From NCBI GenBank assembly GCA_000320545.1, contig ADNK01001276.1:62001-126000 (forward strand): DNA of 64,000 bases, in the 5' to 3' direction. The notes under the pieces are model-generated. The model saw nothing but the letters and a program-made list of their open reading frames with translations. It searched no databases and had not been told where the DNA came from. Positions 25,618 to 39,194 of this stretch are shown here, piece by piece. This stretch comes from Bigelowiella natans CCMP2755. Lineage: Eukaryota; Protista; Cercozoa. The first letter of the stretch is position 1, and the number at the start of each line of letters is the position of its first letter. Both the position numbers and the translations under genes were made by a program.

Positions 25618-26212
25618 TGTCGTCGTCGTTTGTTGATGTGCTGCAGAGTTGCTTTCCAGTCGTCCATCTTGATAGTCGCTCCAAGCTTGTGGATGGGGCT
25701 TGCTATCATTCCGAACGCGGAGCTTTGGCTTCCTACGACGCTGATGCTCGCCACTTCGGTCCTGCTATGCAATGGGAGCTCTGCTGCTGCTGCTGCTGCT
25801 GCTACTCCTGTTCCCACGTGATTGTACAGTATCACCACGCCGAGTGAAAATAGCTATGTTTGATCTATTCCCATCCTGAATAACATCTTCTTTCCTGTGC
25901 ACCCCCCACATAGGTATACCCTTGTATTCAAAGCGCTCGGTCATTCTGGACACGGTGCTGATAGACTATACTCTTGCATGATGCTCAGTCCCATCATCCA
26001 TGCATCCACCACCTCATCTATATCATCATCATCATCATCATCATCATCAGGGATGTGGAAGCTTGCGGCAGATGGCTACGCTATTGGGTTGTATTTCCCA
26101 TCGTGGATGCCTGTCGCGAGGCTCTCCAAGAGTACCAAACAGGCCTTTTCCAGCAGCAGCAGCAGCAGCAGCAGCATGCATACGATGGGGGAGACGGTAT
26201 AAATGTGCGTGT

Positions 26213-26251
<39 letters not shown>

Positions 26252-27542
26252 GCCAGTGGTTTCTTCTCCTGCGACATTGCTTGCTTCGGCCATGTTTGAG
26301 AATCTTAGATGTTGTTGTTGTTGTTCTTGTTGTTCTTGTTGTTGTTAAGGGAGCGATCGGTTGTAAAACCTTATAATTTTTTTGTAATTTGCTGGTTGGA
26401 ATACCATCGTTGGTGCGTACGATTTAAAACAACCTTGTCACAGGCGACGTGAGCGATTCAGCTCCTCCTTCTGACGGCACGGCCATACGAGACGCACAAA
26501 GGATCCTCCTCATCTTCACATTATGGTCTTCAAGACGAGAAAAGACAGAGGGAGGGAGGGAGAGAGAAGGAGAAGACAAGGAAGGGGACAGACAGCAGAG
26601 AAAGCGAAAGAGAGAGAGAAATCTGGAGATTATCTGAAGACTATTATTTAGTGTAGTTCTTTGTAGTTAGTGGTAATAGTGATTGTTGTCGTAGATTGTG
26701 AAAAAATAGATACGGCAGAGCGTGGGCTTTTCTAACAACCTGCTCTTTGATATTTTTGCTAACTTCTGTCCATCAATTCCTCCTCCTTCTTCTTCTTGTT
26801 CTTCTCCTTCTTCTGTTTTTTCCTTTTCCTTCACATTTAGGCTTCAAGTGTGGGACGGTTCTTTATCGTTTCATCGAATATGTACACATGTGGTGAGTAG
26901 TAACACATTCATCCATGCACGCACGCAAGGAGTCCCCAAAGTGACGATGATCAATCGCGCAGACGAAGGAAGAGAAGAGGGGGGGGGAGATTACGAAATG
27001 ACTACTACTACTACTACTACTACTACTACTGCTACTATTAGCAGCATATAATAATATTAACAATCTCTAAATGATGATGATGTATACTTATCGCATGTCT
27101 ACCTACCAGGGATCTTGGTTATGGAGGTCTCTCCCCGTTCGAATCGTTCCAAGATCATTCACAACCAAATGGCATAAGATTAGACACATAAACGTCGGTG
27201 CTGTTTGCTGCTTTTGCTGCTGCTGCTGCTGCTTCAAGACCGCTAATTCTAATGATATTAGTAGCTAATTAGATTCCCTTCTATGACCTCCACCTTCTCC
27301 TCCTTCTGCCACCCCCCTCCTTCTCTGTCTCCATCGCCCATTCACTTTGGAAAGAAGCTTCTTTCTATCTTGATGGGGCCGACCCCATGCTTATGGATGG
27401 CTGGTTGTTGTATATCGCCAAGAAATGATAATGATAATAATAATAACTAACAGATAGCAATAACAAATGATACACAGGTGCTGAAGAGGGTCATGATGCT
27501 GGTTACCGATGTGCGTATTATTGCAATGAGTATAATATATGT

Positions 27543-27583
<41 letters not shown>

Positions 27584-29565
27584 GTAATTGCTACCGCCAT
27601 CCCGATAACACAGTCGTCTATAAGCTCATTTTTGTCCTTACATCCTCTTCTTCTTCCTCCTCCTTCTCTTCATTATTCTTACTCTTATTGTTACTACCCT
27701 AATTGTTATCACCAGAACCTGCTAGCATCCTCCATGCTTCTAGCGGTGCTGGGGGTCTTTGTCGTATTCTTCTTCAAGCTCCTGAGTAGGGTAAGTGATA
27801 ATAGAGAAAATGGGTGCTTGGATGGGTGTGGATGCATGGCCACGGTGAGAATATCAACCGCGGTTCCTGATGAGGTTCAAAGAGCACCAACAAAACAAAG
27901 GAAGTCTAAGATGATTGACGGTAGCATACAAAGTGTTCGGTGTTATAATAAGCGTTTCTGCCGTGACTTACTTCGGGAGTGTGCGTCATTCTGGTGGTTT
28001 CTTATCATCCGAAATCTTCCCCCTCTTCTTCTTCTTCTTCTTCTTCTTCTTCTCTTCTTCCTCCTCCTCTCTCTCTCCAGGTAGTACCACTGATGATAAT
28101 GTGGGGAGCTTCGGTGAACGCTGCGGAGGTGGTGCTCCGCAACATACACCAGGTACCAGCGTCAGTAAATACTGTACAACAACAACAAGAGAGAAAAAAG
28201 CAGCAGCAGCAGCAGCAAAGGCTGGCCGATGATAATGATGATATATTGATGATGATATTGATGGTGATGATGATGATGATGATGATGATGATTATGATTA
28301 TACCGATGAGGATGATGATTAGCATAAGACAATGTAACAACATGCATACAACTCACCACCATTGAAGGCAATCATCACAGACTGGGGGAGAGAATATAAA
28401 TTCTACTAAATGCTGCTGCTGCTGCTGCATCGTACTCACGATGTATATTATCGCACCGCACGCAGCTATATGAGCAGAACTTAGCGTTTTGGATCCTGAT
28501 GCAAGGGAGCTCTCTGACGGTGTTGAAGGTCCCAGTCCTCGGCACGCTCATGTCATGGTTTCGGTAATAATCACACGATAAAATACTCGATGATTATGAT
28601 AGCGATGATGGTGATGATGGTGGTGATGATGATGATGATAGTAACAATGACGGTAAATAGTAGCAAAAATAAGGGAACTCAAAAAGTAGTAGAATGTGAA
28701 TGCAAAATTCAGAATGTATGTGCTTCTCCTCTCTCTCCCCGCCTCCCCCCCCCTCCTTCTCCTCCTCTTTCCCAACTGATTGAAACATCGTCAGGATACC
28801 GATGCTGGTGTGCTTCTATATGTTCGGGCAGCAGCTGTTGAATGTCCTCGGGGACGCTATTGGCGTTTGCGCCAACTCCCCTTCAATCAGGGGAACGGGG
28901 GGGGGGGTTGCTGTCCCTTCATCTCCTGGTGGATCTTCTTCTTCTTCTGCGTTCACCGGTGGTGGTGGGAGCGGCGCTAGTCATAATATGGGTAGCAGCA
29001 GCAGCGGTGACAGTAGTCGTTCCATCGTTATCAACACTGGTAGTAGTGGCACTGCTGCGAGTGGTGCTAGTGCTGCTAGTGCTGGAGCTGCTGTTGCTGC
29101 TGGTGGTGGTGGTAGTGGTGGTGGAAGTGCTTCGCTAGAAGGAGGAGGAGGAGGAGGAGGAGGAGGAGGAGGAAACCCGCCAGCATCACCATTGTTCTCG
29201 CCGGCAACGACAAGTCGGCAGCTTCCCCGCTTTCCTCCTCCTCCTCCTCCTCGTTCTTGTCCTTCTTTGGCTCACTCCCTTCTGCTGCCACATCGTCCGC
29301 GCTGCTATTGTTCAGTTCCTCAGTATCATCCAGAAGGAAGAAAAAGCAGCTACAGCAGCAGCAGCACAACAGAAACAATCACCATAACACGTCGCCATCG
29401 GCTCCTTCCTCTTCGGTTGTGATGCACGTTAAGGATCGGAGTCCCAGTGTTATAAGGGAGAGGGTCACGCCTTCTTCTTCATCATCATCTTCGCATCAAG
29501 CGACCACCGATGGGATGGGGGTAGGTTTGTCGATAGTGTTCGGCGAGGGCGATAAGGAAGCATGA
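24767..29565 (+). CDS. REEP/DP1/HVA22 (TB2_DP1_HVA22)-like multi-pass membrane protein with a Gly/Ser-rich tail
   Basis: Spliced sequence LATSVYPCIQSARSFWTRDVEACGRWLRYWVVF...LLIFTLWLQVWDGSLSFHR matches the REEP YP..S......W..YW and F..WL....G motifs. There are extra N-terminal TM segments and a second degenerate unit (NLAFWILMQG...LMSWIPML). The end is 29565, or 29422 if the last intron is unspliced. Confidence 0.72.
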
Positions 29566-30098
29566 CCATCTTAGTTATTTTGCGAGTTACTCACTGCCAG
29601 ATGCCTTTGTACGTGCTGGTGTATCATTCATATTGCTGCTGAGAGAAATTGCTCTAGATTGCGCAAAATATAGCGCTGCGTGTTTTTGCAATGCATGCCA
29701 CGCTAATAATGAGCGGCACAGCGTGTGCTTGTAGTACCAGTGTTTTGGTTTCGGGCTTATAGACTTTGTGCATGGTATCCAATGCGTACAATGCAAGCTA
29801 GCAACCGTGGCTTTATTTTAGGGTGTCGTCAGCCATGCGAACATAAATATAGAAATACAAGTAAGCAGCCTAGCACATAGTATAACACGCAAATTCGTAC
29901 CTTGATACCTAGAGTCCGTACACGATTTATTAAATAATCAAATAACAGTCGCTCTTGTATGACAAAACGGTAGTACTGGCATATCGTATCGTCGTGCATG
30001 TTGAGCTTCCCAGATTAGAGATCAACAACAAAGATAAAAAGCGCCACAAAATGGTCTGTAGTGTAATGGGGAAGTGTTCTCCGATGCTGCACAATTTA
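29566..30098. other. Convergent-spacer compositional element
   Basis: Between the REEP-like gene (+) and SRR (-). Contains tctaga, tgcaatgcatgc, agctagc and cctag; it is SSR-free although flanked by SSR-rich genes. Confidence 0.55.
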
Positions 30099-30459
30099 CT
30101 ACTTACGACTCCAGCTCATAGCTTCAAGATCAACATTGCCCCCGCACAAAACCACCGCTATGTTTTTCCTCCCAGCCAGCACCCTTTTCCCGTTTTCATT
30201 TAAAACAGCAGCTACTCCGACCCTGAAATAGAAACAGTGTAATCTTCATTAGATGTACGTGCTTGTAGCATGGAAGGAGCAGAAAGCTGGAGTGCATTAG
30301 GGAGCTTCGATTACCCTGAGGAAGGCTCTATGACTAGCTTCATCCTCTCCCACACGAGTCTGGCGTGGATGACAACATTACTTCCCATTAGCACAATAAT
30401 AAATCTATCATCATTTTCATGCAAGGAGGAGAACAGAAATTACCAGCACTACCACCACC

Positions 30460-30493
<34 letters not shown>

Positions 30494-32129
30494 CTATCAT
30501 CATCATCATTATCGTCATCGTCATGTCGTAGTCGTTGTCAATTTCTGCTTTCTCCAGTCTCACGCTTCCTTTTGTTGGGGGAGACGACTATGGCGATGAA
30601 CATATTGAGCAGGGAGATGACCTGGTAGCATCCATGATCTCCTCCTCGGTCACGCATATCACATCGTCCACCTAATGATACGGGTGATGCTGCGGCTCAG
30701 AAGACACAACGGCACAGATCCCCGTCGCCGCTCAAAGCCGTTTTGCATTTTCAATATGCCTGCTAGCTCATCTCTCAGCAGAGCAACTTCGTGCACTGTT
30801 TCACCAAATTAATACGTCGTTGTTCCATAGCACATCTACTTCTCAAACTACTGTTTGTCACTACAACTACTACTTCTACTACCAGATCACGGATGATCGG
30901 CCAAGTGTTGTGTCCAATGGACACCTTCACTCCATCGGCTATGGTTACTGGCGGAGCCTCATTCATTAGCTTTTCCCCTGCCCTGGATTACAGCATCACT
31001 TTAAGGCGTGGAAGTAGTAGAAGAAGTAGTAGCAGCAAGCAGCAGCAGCAGTAGTAGTAGTAGTAGTAGTCGGGTGCAAGCTGCATACTAACATGGGAAG
31101 GATAGCGGACGATGACGACAAATTTGCTTCTTGTCGATTTTACGGATGTGTGTGTGTGTGTGTGTGAGTGTGTGTGTGTGTGTGTGAACGTGTATGCAAT
31201 GTTTTAAATTTTGCTGCTTCTTTTCTCTCGAATCCCAACTTTGGGGGAAGTATACCACAACTGCTAAAAACCACGAAGTACTCCTACTACTGCTACCATT
31301 ATTACTTCTTAGATCTGAAACAGTCATCAGCAGCCGTGGGTTCCGCAGCAACGACCAGGATGGAGGGGTTGACATGTTTGGCCCAAACAGCAATGCCTAA
31401 TCGTATTCGCAATAATAGTCAAGCGTCTAATAATATCACCTTTTCCGTAGTTGCAGCAGCAGCAGTAGTAGTGGTAGTAGTAGTAGTAGTATTATTAGTA
31501 GTAGTAGTAGAGAGAAAGTAGCTAGCAGGTACAGCACCACTCTCTCATTTACTCCGAAGCTCTCACCCCCGATCATGCCCCCGCCACCAACAGGCGCCAC
31601 TATAGCGTCCAAGTGTGGAAGCTGTCGGTATGTATGTTTTGTGTGTTTGTGGTGGTTATTGCTATTCCTGTCGTCGTTGCTGCGAATGATGATCATCAGA
31701 CACGATGATTGCGGAGTAGTGAATGATAGTAGCACTAATGAGTGACTACGATGGAAACGATGATTGCGTGGAGAGTGTCGTTTTCTCTTCTTCGCCCCCT
31801 GCCCCCTGCCTTCCTTACCTCTTCCAAAAGCTCCTTTGCAATGGTGCCTTGTCCTGCGATTACCTCAGGATCCTACAACAAACAAACCTGTCAGCCGACG
31901 ACACACACACACAAGGCGACAGCGACAACGACGACATCAAAATCACCGCGGAGTTTTGAACTTCCCCCCCCCCCCCCCTTTATCTCATTTGCCGTACATA
32001 TCTACTATTCGTTGCTTTGGAGGACCTGGTTAGGGTGGATGAGCACTCCCTTGGTCTCTTCTACCACGTTTGATGCCGCAATGTCTCGAGCCTGACAGTA
32101 GCAATAATAATAGCAAAAGCAGCAGCAGA

Positions 32130-32165
<36 letters not shown>

Positions 32166-33381
32166 TGTACAGCAAAATTAGCATCGATCGCCCACACGGC
32201 GAGGATGACAAAGAAAGCTGATGTTGGTCATTCAAGGCGTTTAATAGCACTAAAAATGCTGAATTCGTTTGAAGTGGTACAGTGATGATTTATTTGCCAT
32301 ACCGCAAATATGTCGCTGCATGCATGCATTTCCAGGCGTGGTGTGATGCTTCTATTCGTTGTTCACCTGCTCGGTAGGCTCACATTCCACAACAGTCGCA
32401 CCGTACCTAAAATATATGATGATGATGATGATTATGATGTGATGATTATGATGATGATGGCCGTCAGCTTCATGTCTACCCTCTCCACCGCAATCTCCAC
32501 CACCACCATCACACCACCACCACTCGTTTCAACTTCTAACGACTACTTGTACACAGGATAATAATACCACTGCAACAATAGCAACACCACTAATAAAGCC
32601 GTTGGAATGAATAATGCGAAAACGCCGATGCAAAAAATTCATTTGCCCGGTATCTTTCTTGGTCCTCCCAGATTGAAATATCTCAGTTGTTTGGTATCTC
32701 TTCTAACATTGTCAGAAAATCTTAGCTCCAACCCCTTCACAGCGTTCTTCTTGACAGTCGGCGAAGTCGAAGGCATCACAATCGTAGCATCCACGCCGCG
32801 CACAGCCGCACATGCCGCCAATGCCTGCCCTGTGTACCAGCACCGTGTGTGTATATATATTGTAATGTTGTATTGCATGTGTGTGTGTGTGTGTGTGTGT
32901 GCTGGTGACCGAGTGAACGAGCGTGTATGCGTGTGTCAAAACAATTAAAATAATTGTTTATATACAAGTAGACCGTGATTTCCGGAGCTCTGTGTAACGA
33001 CGTGCACACGAGAATGACTCTTTCCCCCCTCTTTCATTCCTTCCTCCTCCTCCTTTTCCATCAGTCGTGTCACAGCATTCAACGCGCTACAGCATTGTTA
33101 CGAGCAACAACAAGCGATAACAACGCAGTTAGTCGTGTGCAGATTTCATCAAAAGGACTCCGAGAATCATATTTCGAAAGAGAGTGAGGAAAGGAGAAAC
33201 AAAAACTTTAATTATTACCCACGGAACTTAAAAGATCCCGTCTTTTGGAAGTTTTCGCATTTAAAGTACAGTTTAGGAGCGTTGCTACTACTCCCGTTGC
33301 TGCTGTTGTTCCCCCCTTCTTCTCCCGAAAATAATTTGTCCAACGTCCTGCAAGACATCACCTGGACAAGAAGAATCGCGC

Positions 33382-33421
<40 letters not shown>

Positions 33422-33698
33422 GTAGCGAAATAAGGGGAAGGAGATATTTGGAATGAATCTTAAGCATTAGCCCGTGCATATCTCAGAATACAACCGGTGT
33501 TCGATGCACAGCGTTGCGAATGCGATGTTCAGCTGCAACAACATCCTCAGCATGCACAACGTGATTGCTCTTTCCCGATGTTGCAGCAGTTGTGCTCATA
33601 CAACGCCGCATCGTTGAGCAGACCAAATGATGGACATAGCTTCTGAGACCAGACGGCGGACAATTTAGTTTGAGTAAACTTGGACGCAGCCTCCTCAT
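30099..33698 (-). CDS. SRR: Serine racemase (PLP fold type II) with a putative mitochondrial presequence
   Basis: VHRTPV, LYFKCENFQKTGSFKFRGALNA (PLP lysine), VVTQSSGNHGQALA, VIAGQGTIAKELLEE, LDAIVAPVGGGGMI, TIADGV...IGHNTWPIIRDL, DDVICVTEEEI, WERMKLVIEPS and IAVVLCGGNVDL. Confidence 0.9.
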
Positions 33699-34005
33699 TT
33701 GTCCTGCGAGTACGTATCGTCGGCGGTTCTTTGGGGGCGGACAGGGACGCCAGCCGAGTCGCAACAGAGCCGGACCAGGATTCGTAGAATATTTTCCGGA
33801 TAAACATTGTACAGAAGTGACCGATTCTGTATTTCAAATTAGGTTATTTTTATCCCTGAAAACATCTCGACTAGTCTCTCAGTCTTTCATCACGGTCCAC
33901 AACAATAGGCAACACTTCCCCTAATAATAGCACTCAAACGTGTTTTTGTTGATTACTTCGCGTTGTTGTTCACCAACGATCTGCTGGGCAGAGGGTAGAA
34001 AACTA

Positions 34006-34803
34006 ATGAAAAAAGAAGGGGATTTATTGGTTACGACAAAGGATTTAGGTGCAACTGTGTACAATCCCATTCTACCTCCCCCTGATCCCTTCGCTCATTG
34101 TTGTACTTTAGTCTCTTGTCGAGTGCGTGGTCACTGTACCCTCTGTTCTCTCCTCGCATGGGACTCTGTGCAGCAGGGCATGAATGGGATTTGCCCCTTC
34201 ATTTGCGCCAGACACCACTAGATGGGGTTGAGTCCTATGCTTTGATTATGAAAGAAATATTCATACATGTTTCTACTTGTACACGTGGGTATGTGCTTGT
34301 GTACATGCATATGGGTCCATACATCATGCGAGGGCGATAGGAGGTGTGTCGTAGAGAAACAGCCTCTTTGTTGCGTCCCTTGATGCGAGCCTTGAGCTGT
34401 TCTCACCACCAACATTCGTGTTCATCATCCACAACAACCCAGGCTATCCCAGAGAGAGAAATTAAGGAAGTCTGCAAATTCTTCACCATACAAGATTTCG
34501 AGGCGGGCGATGTCATTATAAAAAAGGTCGTTTGTCCTGTTCGGGCATGTTCGCCCCATTGCAGACAATCTTCCATCACTTTCTTATGATGAGCCCTTTC
34601 CGCTGCTTGGGGGGTGGGGGAAGGTCTGATACAAATCGTTACGGTGCTGTAATCAGGGAGACCCGAGTAATACAGCCTACTGTATAGTGAGTGGATCTGC
34701 TGATATTGTGCTAAAGGAAGAGAAAGAGGTTGTTCAACTCTACTACAAGTATAGAGAGATCGATCGACAGGCCAATATCCATATCACCCAAAACAAATGA
34801 AAT

Positions 34804-34839
<36 letters not shown>

Positions 34840-35113
34840 GGCGTGGTGACCATTCTGGAAGTAAGGAACACGAATTCGGATTGTTGATTCCCACTCAGTG
34901 CGTAATTTGACCCGCTTGTTGACAGGGGAAAGGGAGAATTCAAGTTACCGTGGGAGCAAACAACTTCCTGGGCGGTTTTGGTCTAATTACTGGAGAGGAC
35001 AATGCGGCTGGTAGTAGTAATCAAGTTGTGAAGGAGCCAGGTATGTTATTACTTACTACTCGCAGCAGGAGCAGTAATATCTTGGAGAGCACGATTGTTC
35101 TGAGAATACATCG

Positions 35114-35144
<31 letters not shown>

Positions 35145-36921
35145 TCACACACACACATTAATAAATATTCCGGATTAATGTCAAATGATTATTATTATTA
35201 TCGCCTTGCCCCCCCCGTATCTGAGATATTGTTCTACTTGTTGTTGTTGTTGTTCTTATTGATCTCAGTGAGTGTTGTTGGCGCTAGACCCGGAATGTAC
35301 GTTAAGCTACCAAGGGATCAGGTATCAGTGCTGCTAGCAAACCGAGCGGGAGCGGGGAGGGGAGGGGAGGGGAGGGGCAGAGATGAGAGAATGAGAAGAA
35401 ATACAGACACGATGGCAGCGAGTGGCGAACGAATTTACAGAAAACGGATTCGGAATATTTTCTTAAGTTGAGAGGATGAGGAAAGGAGCCCCCCCCCTGT
35501 TACTTTCCATCACCCCGTTCATGCGAAGCTGTTTGCTCTTCACTCACTAACACCCCCCCCCCCCCCCTCCCTCCTCCAGCTCCAAAGACTGCAACAAGTG
35601 AAGCCTAAGATCTACAAAACAATAAGCGAGCTGATTGCCCTGCGGGCCCACTTGTTAACAGATATACCGTTCTTCAAGGTCGTTGTTGTTAATTGATGAT
35701 TCTTTTTATGAAGAAATGCGAATATATTACTCCTATGATGATTCTTGATGAGTAGTATTAGTCCCTGGCCATGGTTTGCATGTGACGATGGTGCACCCCA
35801 TCGCTTGCTGCTGCTGCCGCCTGGACTACTGGAGTGTACGCATTAAATTCGTTCTTTTGTTGTTCTCTCCCCTTCGTGTTTTTGTTTATGGTTTGACAGC
35901 AAGTAACCTCGCGTTGGCCGAAGGCGGCGTTTTACACGTTCGCCTCCCTGTTTCAATATCAGGTCGTTGCTTGACCCTGTTGTTCTTGTTGTAGTAGTAG
36001 TAGTTGTTGTTTTTTGGACGGGGAGAGTCTTCCCAACGGCAGCAAAAAAACAAGAACAATAGTAAAAAAAGTAGTAGTAGTAGCAGTAGGAAGAGTCACA
36101 ACACATGTTGTTTTAAGTTGCCGTTCTCCTCCTCCTCCCCCCTCCGCCTTGCTAATACTCCACGCATTCATACAGGCCTTCTTCGAGCACGAGGAATTGA
36201 TCGCAGAGTCTGGAAAACAGGCTGACAAGCTTATCGTCCTTATTAGAGGCACACTCAACGTTGCCAACATGCGTAAGGTTGTGCAGTAGAAGTGGTGAGA
36301 TCGAAGTCGTGCAATTTAAGGATGGATGGTATAGATGATGATATAAGGAGAGGGGGGAGAGAGAGAGAGTTAGAGAGAGATGACCCAAAGTCATCTGTCG
36401 TCAATATAAATGTTTGTTCTTCATCTTCTTCGCTTCTTTTTCTTCTCCTAATAAAGTAGCAAGCACTGATGATATGTGGTATTCATTCATGATTAGGGCA
36501 ATGATATGTACCAATTGACGGAGAGAGGAAAGCTGATCAACCTCACCAGCCTCTTCTACAACTTCAGTCGCCTCTATTGGGACATCGTGGCCTCGCCCAA
36601 TGAGGCGGATGTCACGCAGGTAGTATATTACAATCTGGGCACATTATCGGTCATGGGCACGCAGAACAAGTAGAAGAAGAAAAAGAACAACTAGTCAGGA
36701 TGATGGTGATGATGCGGAGGAAGGGGGGGAAAGAGGGGAGCCAAATACAAAGCACAATACCCCTTCGTTTCGCGCCTGAAAGATCCTCTCCTTCCTTCTT
36801 CCTTCCCTCTCCTCTCTCCACCATCATCGTCGCCATCGTCCAGATCATGACGCTGCGCCGAGAAGATTTTAGAAAATTCATTGCGGCGGAAATCATCGAC
36901 TCATACGATGCCTTTGAACGG

Positions 36922-36955
<34 letters not shown>

Positions 36956-37135
36956 AAGTGGTAGTAGTGGCAGATCATCTGCTGATGATAATCTCAGTGT
37001 GCAATGGCTGGGTGGGAGAGGAGGAGGAGGAAGAGGAGAGGAAATGGCACTATAGATGACAAGGGCAGCGGGGAAGGGATGACAAGAGAATAGGAGGAGT
37101 GAAATGCATAGGGGAGACCGATAACATTAGAATCA

Positions 37136-37180
<45 letters not shown>

Positions 37181-37523
37181 CGCACACAAATGGGGTGGTA
37201 TTATGTAAATTAGCTACGACGCAAGCATAGGCGCATTGCTATACACTCCCACACTGGCACATGCACACACAGTACATGTATTGTGCATTCACGCCGCAAC
37301 CGACAAAAAGGCATCGATTGAGTACGTTCTTCGTGAGATGAGGTCGCAACAACGGCTGTTCCTGCATGTAGTGGAGGAGGCAGATATGACTGAATTCTGC
37401 TCCTTGTGGAAACTCAAGGAGTACGGAGAAAACGTCAAGGTGACGATGGCGATGGTGAATGATGATGATGATGATGATGATGATGATATCGAATAGGTAG
37501 AGCATCCATGAAGATATACATGA

Positions 37524-37568
<45 letters not shown>

Positions 37569-37731
37569 ATGTATGTGGGGTTTCTTTATAACACAGATTG
37601 TGGTGAAGAAGGCAGTTGATATCCGGAGTAGTTGTAGTAGTAGTAGTAGTAGCACCACCACCACCACCACAGGGGGGTTGTCTCAACCGCACACCAAGGT
37701 AGTATTGGTAGTAGTAGTAGTAAATAGTAGC

Positions 37732-37780
<49 letters not shown>

Positions 37781-38401
37781 TCATAGATAGGGCCATCCAC
37801 GCATACCACATTAAATAGTTTTCGAACAATAACAACAACAACTACTACTACTACTACCACTACCACTCCAATTACCTTGGAAGTCTCTCCATCTCCCTCC
37901 CCACACTCAAAATACTCGCTCCTCCTCCTCCTCCTCCTCCACCTCCACCTCCTCCTCGACTATCATCATCATCATCATCATCGTCATCATCATCATTACT
38001 ATTGCTCCCCCCCCCCCCCAGACGTATTTCCACATTCTGGTGGGCGGGTCTGCTGATGCCTACAGCAATGAGAAGCAAGTGCGCAGTGGCAAGCTGATGA
38101 AGGCACACAGGCGGCAGTTCCTCTACGGCAGTGGGATAGGCATCCTCACCAACAAGCTCGATCAACTCAATTCAGAGCTTTCCATTTTCAGGTGGGAAGA
38201 AAAGAGTGGTAGGAGTAGAAGGAGGAGGAGGGGGAGGAGGAGGAGGAGGGGTTTAAAATCGGTGATGATGATTGGGATGACTCTCCCGTAACTGCTAACC
38301 AGCTTTGTATGTACGTGTTGTATTTGTGGGTGTAGTGCGTGCGTGGTACTACACTGTTGCGTGGCAACACTGCGCGCACGCACACGACACGCACACACAC
38401 G

Positions 38402-38439
<38 letters not shown>

Positions 38440-39194
38440 CACATTGTTCAGCGGGCAGAACCGGTGTCTGGTGCTGACACTGGAACGAGACGATTTTGAT
38501 AGATTCTTCAAGAAAATAGGTGCGTGTGTTTTGGCACGATGCTAGTTACTATTACAGCCGGTGTGTCATGACGATGATGGCGTTGTTTTTGTATAAAAAG
38601 AGGAGCTCTCAGCAGCATTATTTGGTTGTTTCATTTCTCTTGTTGTTATTGTTGTTGTATGTTTACTTGTTTTCCAAGGCAAGCACGAATCTGCAATAGA
38701 GTTGGTCGAGCGGCACATGACAGCCCAGCATACCAATTCACACCCCGATTCAAGCCAAACACTGTGAGCGAAGACAAAGCATGCAACAAATCTATTCTAA
38801 TCACGTAGTGTTCGTAAGATATGTATTGATGACGCACATCTGCGTGCACGCCTTTCTCCTTATCCCCACTGAAATTCGTTGATAAATCTGATTGCTTTGG
38901 CACTGATAGATATTGTGCATTATTTGCATGCATGCTGCCTACTGCTGCTGCAGAGGTTATCCGTCGCGGCTTGGAGAGAGCCCAGTAAGATCTCTGAAAA
39001 AGCAGGACTTGAAGTTCTACACAACAAATGGCACTTCTGGGAGAGAATCAATGACAACCACCCCCGTGCAAGACTTGCGTAATGACCTCCATCAGTCCAA
39101 CACCTCTGGGCAAGAGGAAAAGGGAGCAGCCGATGGGAAGCAGGAGGGGGGGGAGAGGGAGGAGAAGGGGGGGGGGAAAGGCGAGAAAGTATAG
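34006..39194 (+). CDS. Protein with about three tandem cyclic-nucleotide-binding-homology (cNMP/CAP_ED-like) domains
   Basis: Exons give FTIQDFEAGDVIIKKGDPSNTAYCIVSGSADI, DIPFFK, FFEHEELIAESGKQADKLIVLIRGTLNV, IMTLRREDFRKFI, YFHILVGGSADAY and RCLVLTLERDDFDRFF. No kinase or channel domain was seen. Confidence 0.78.
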
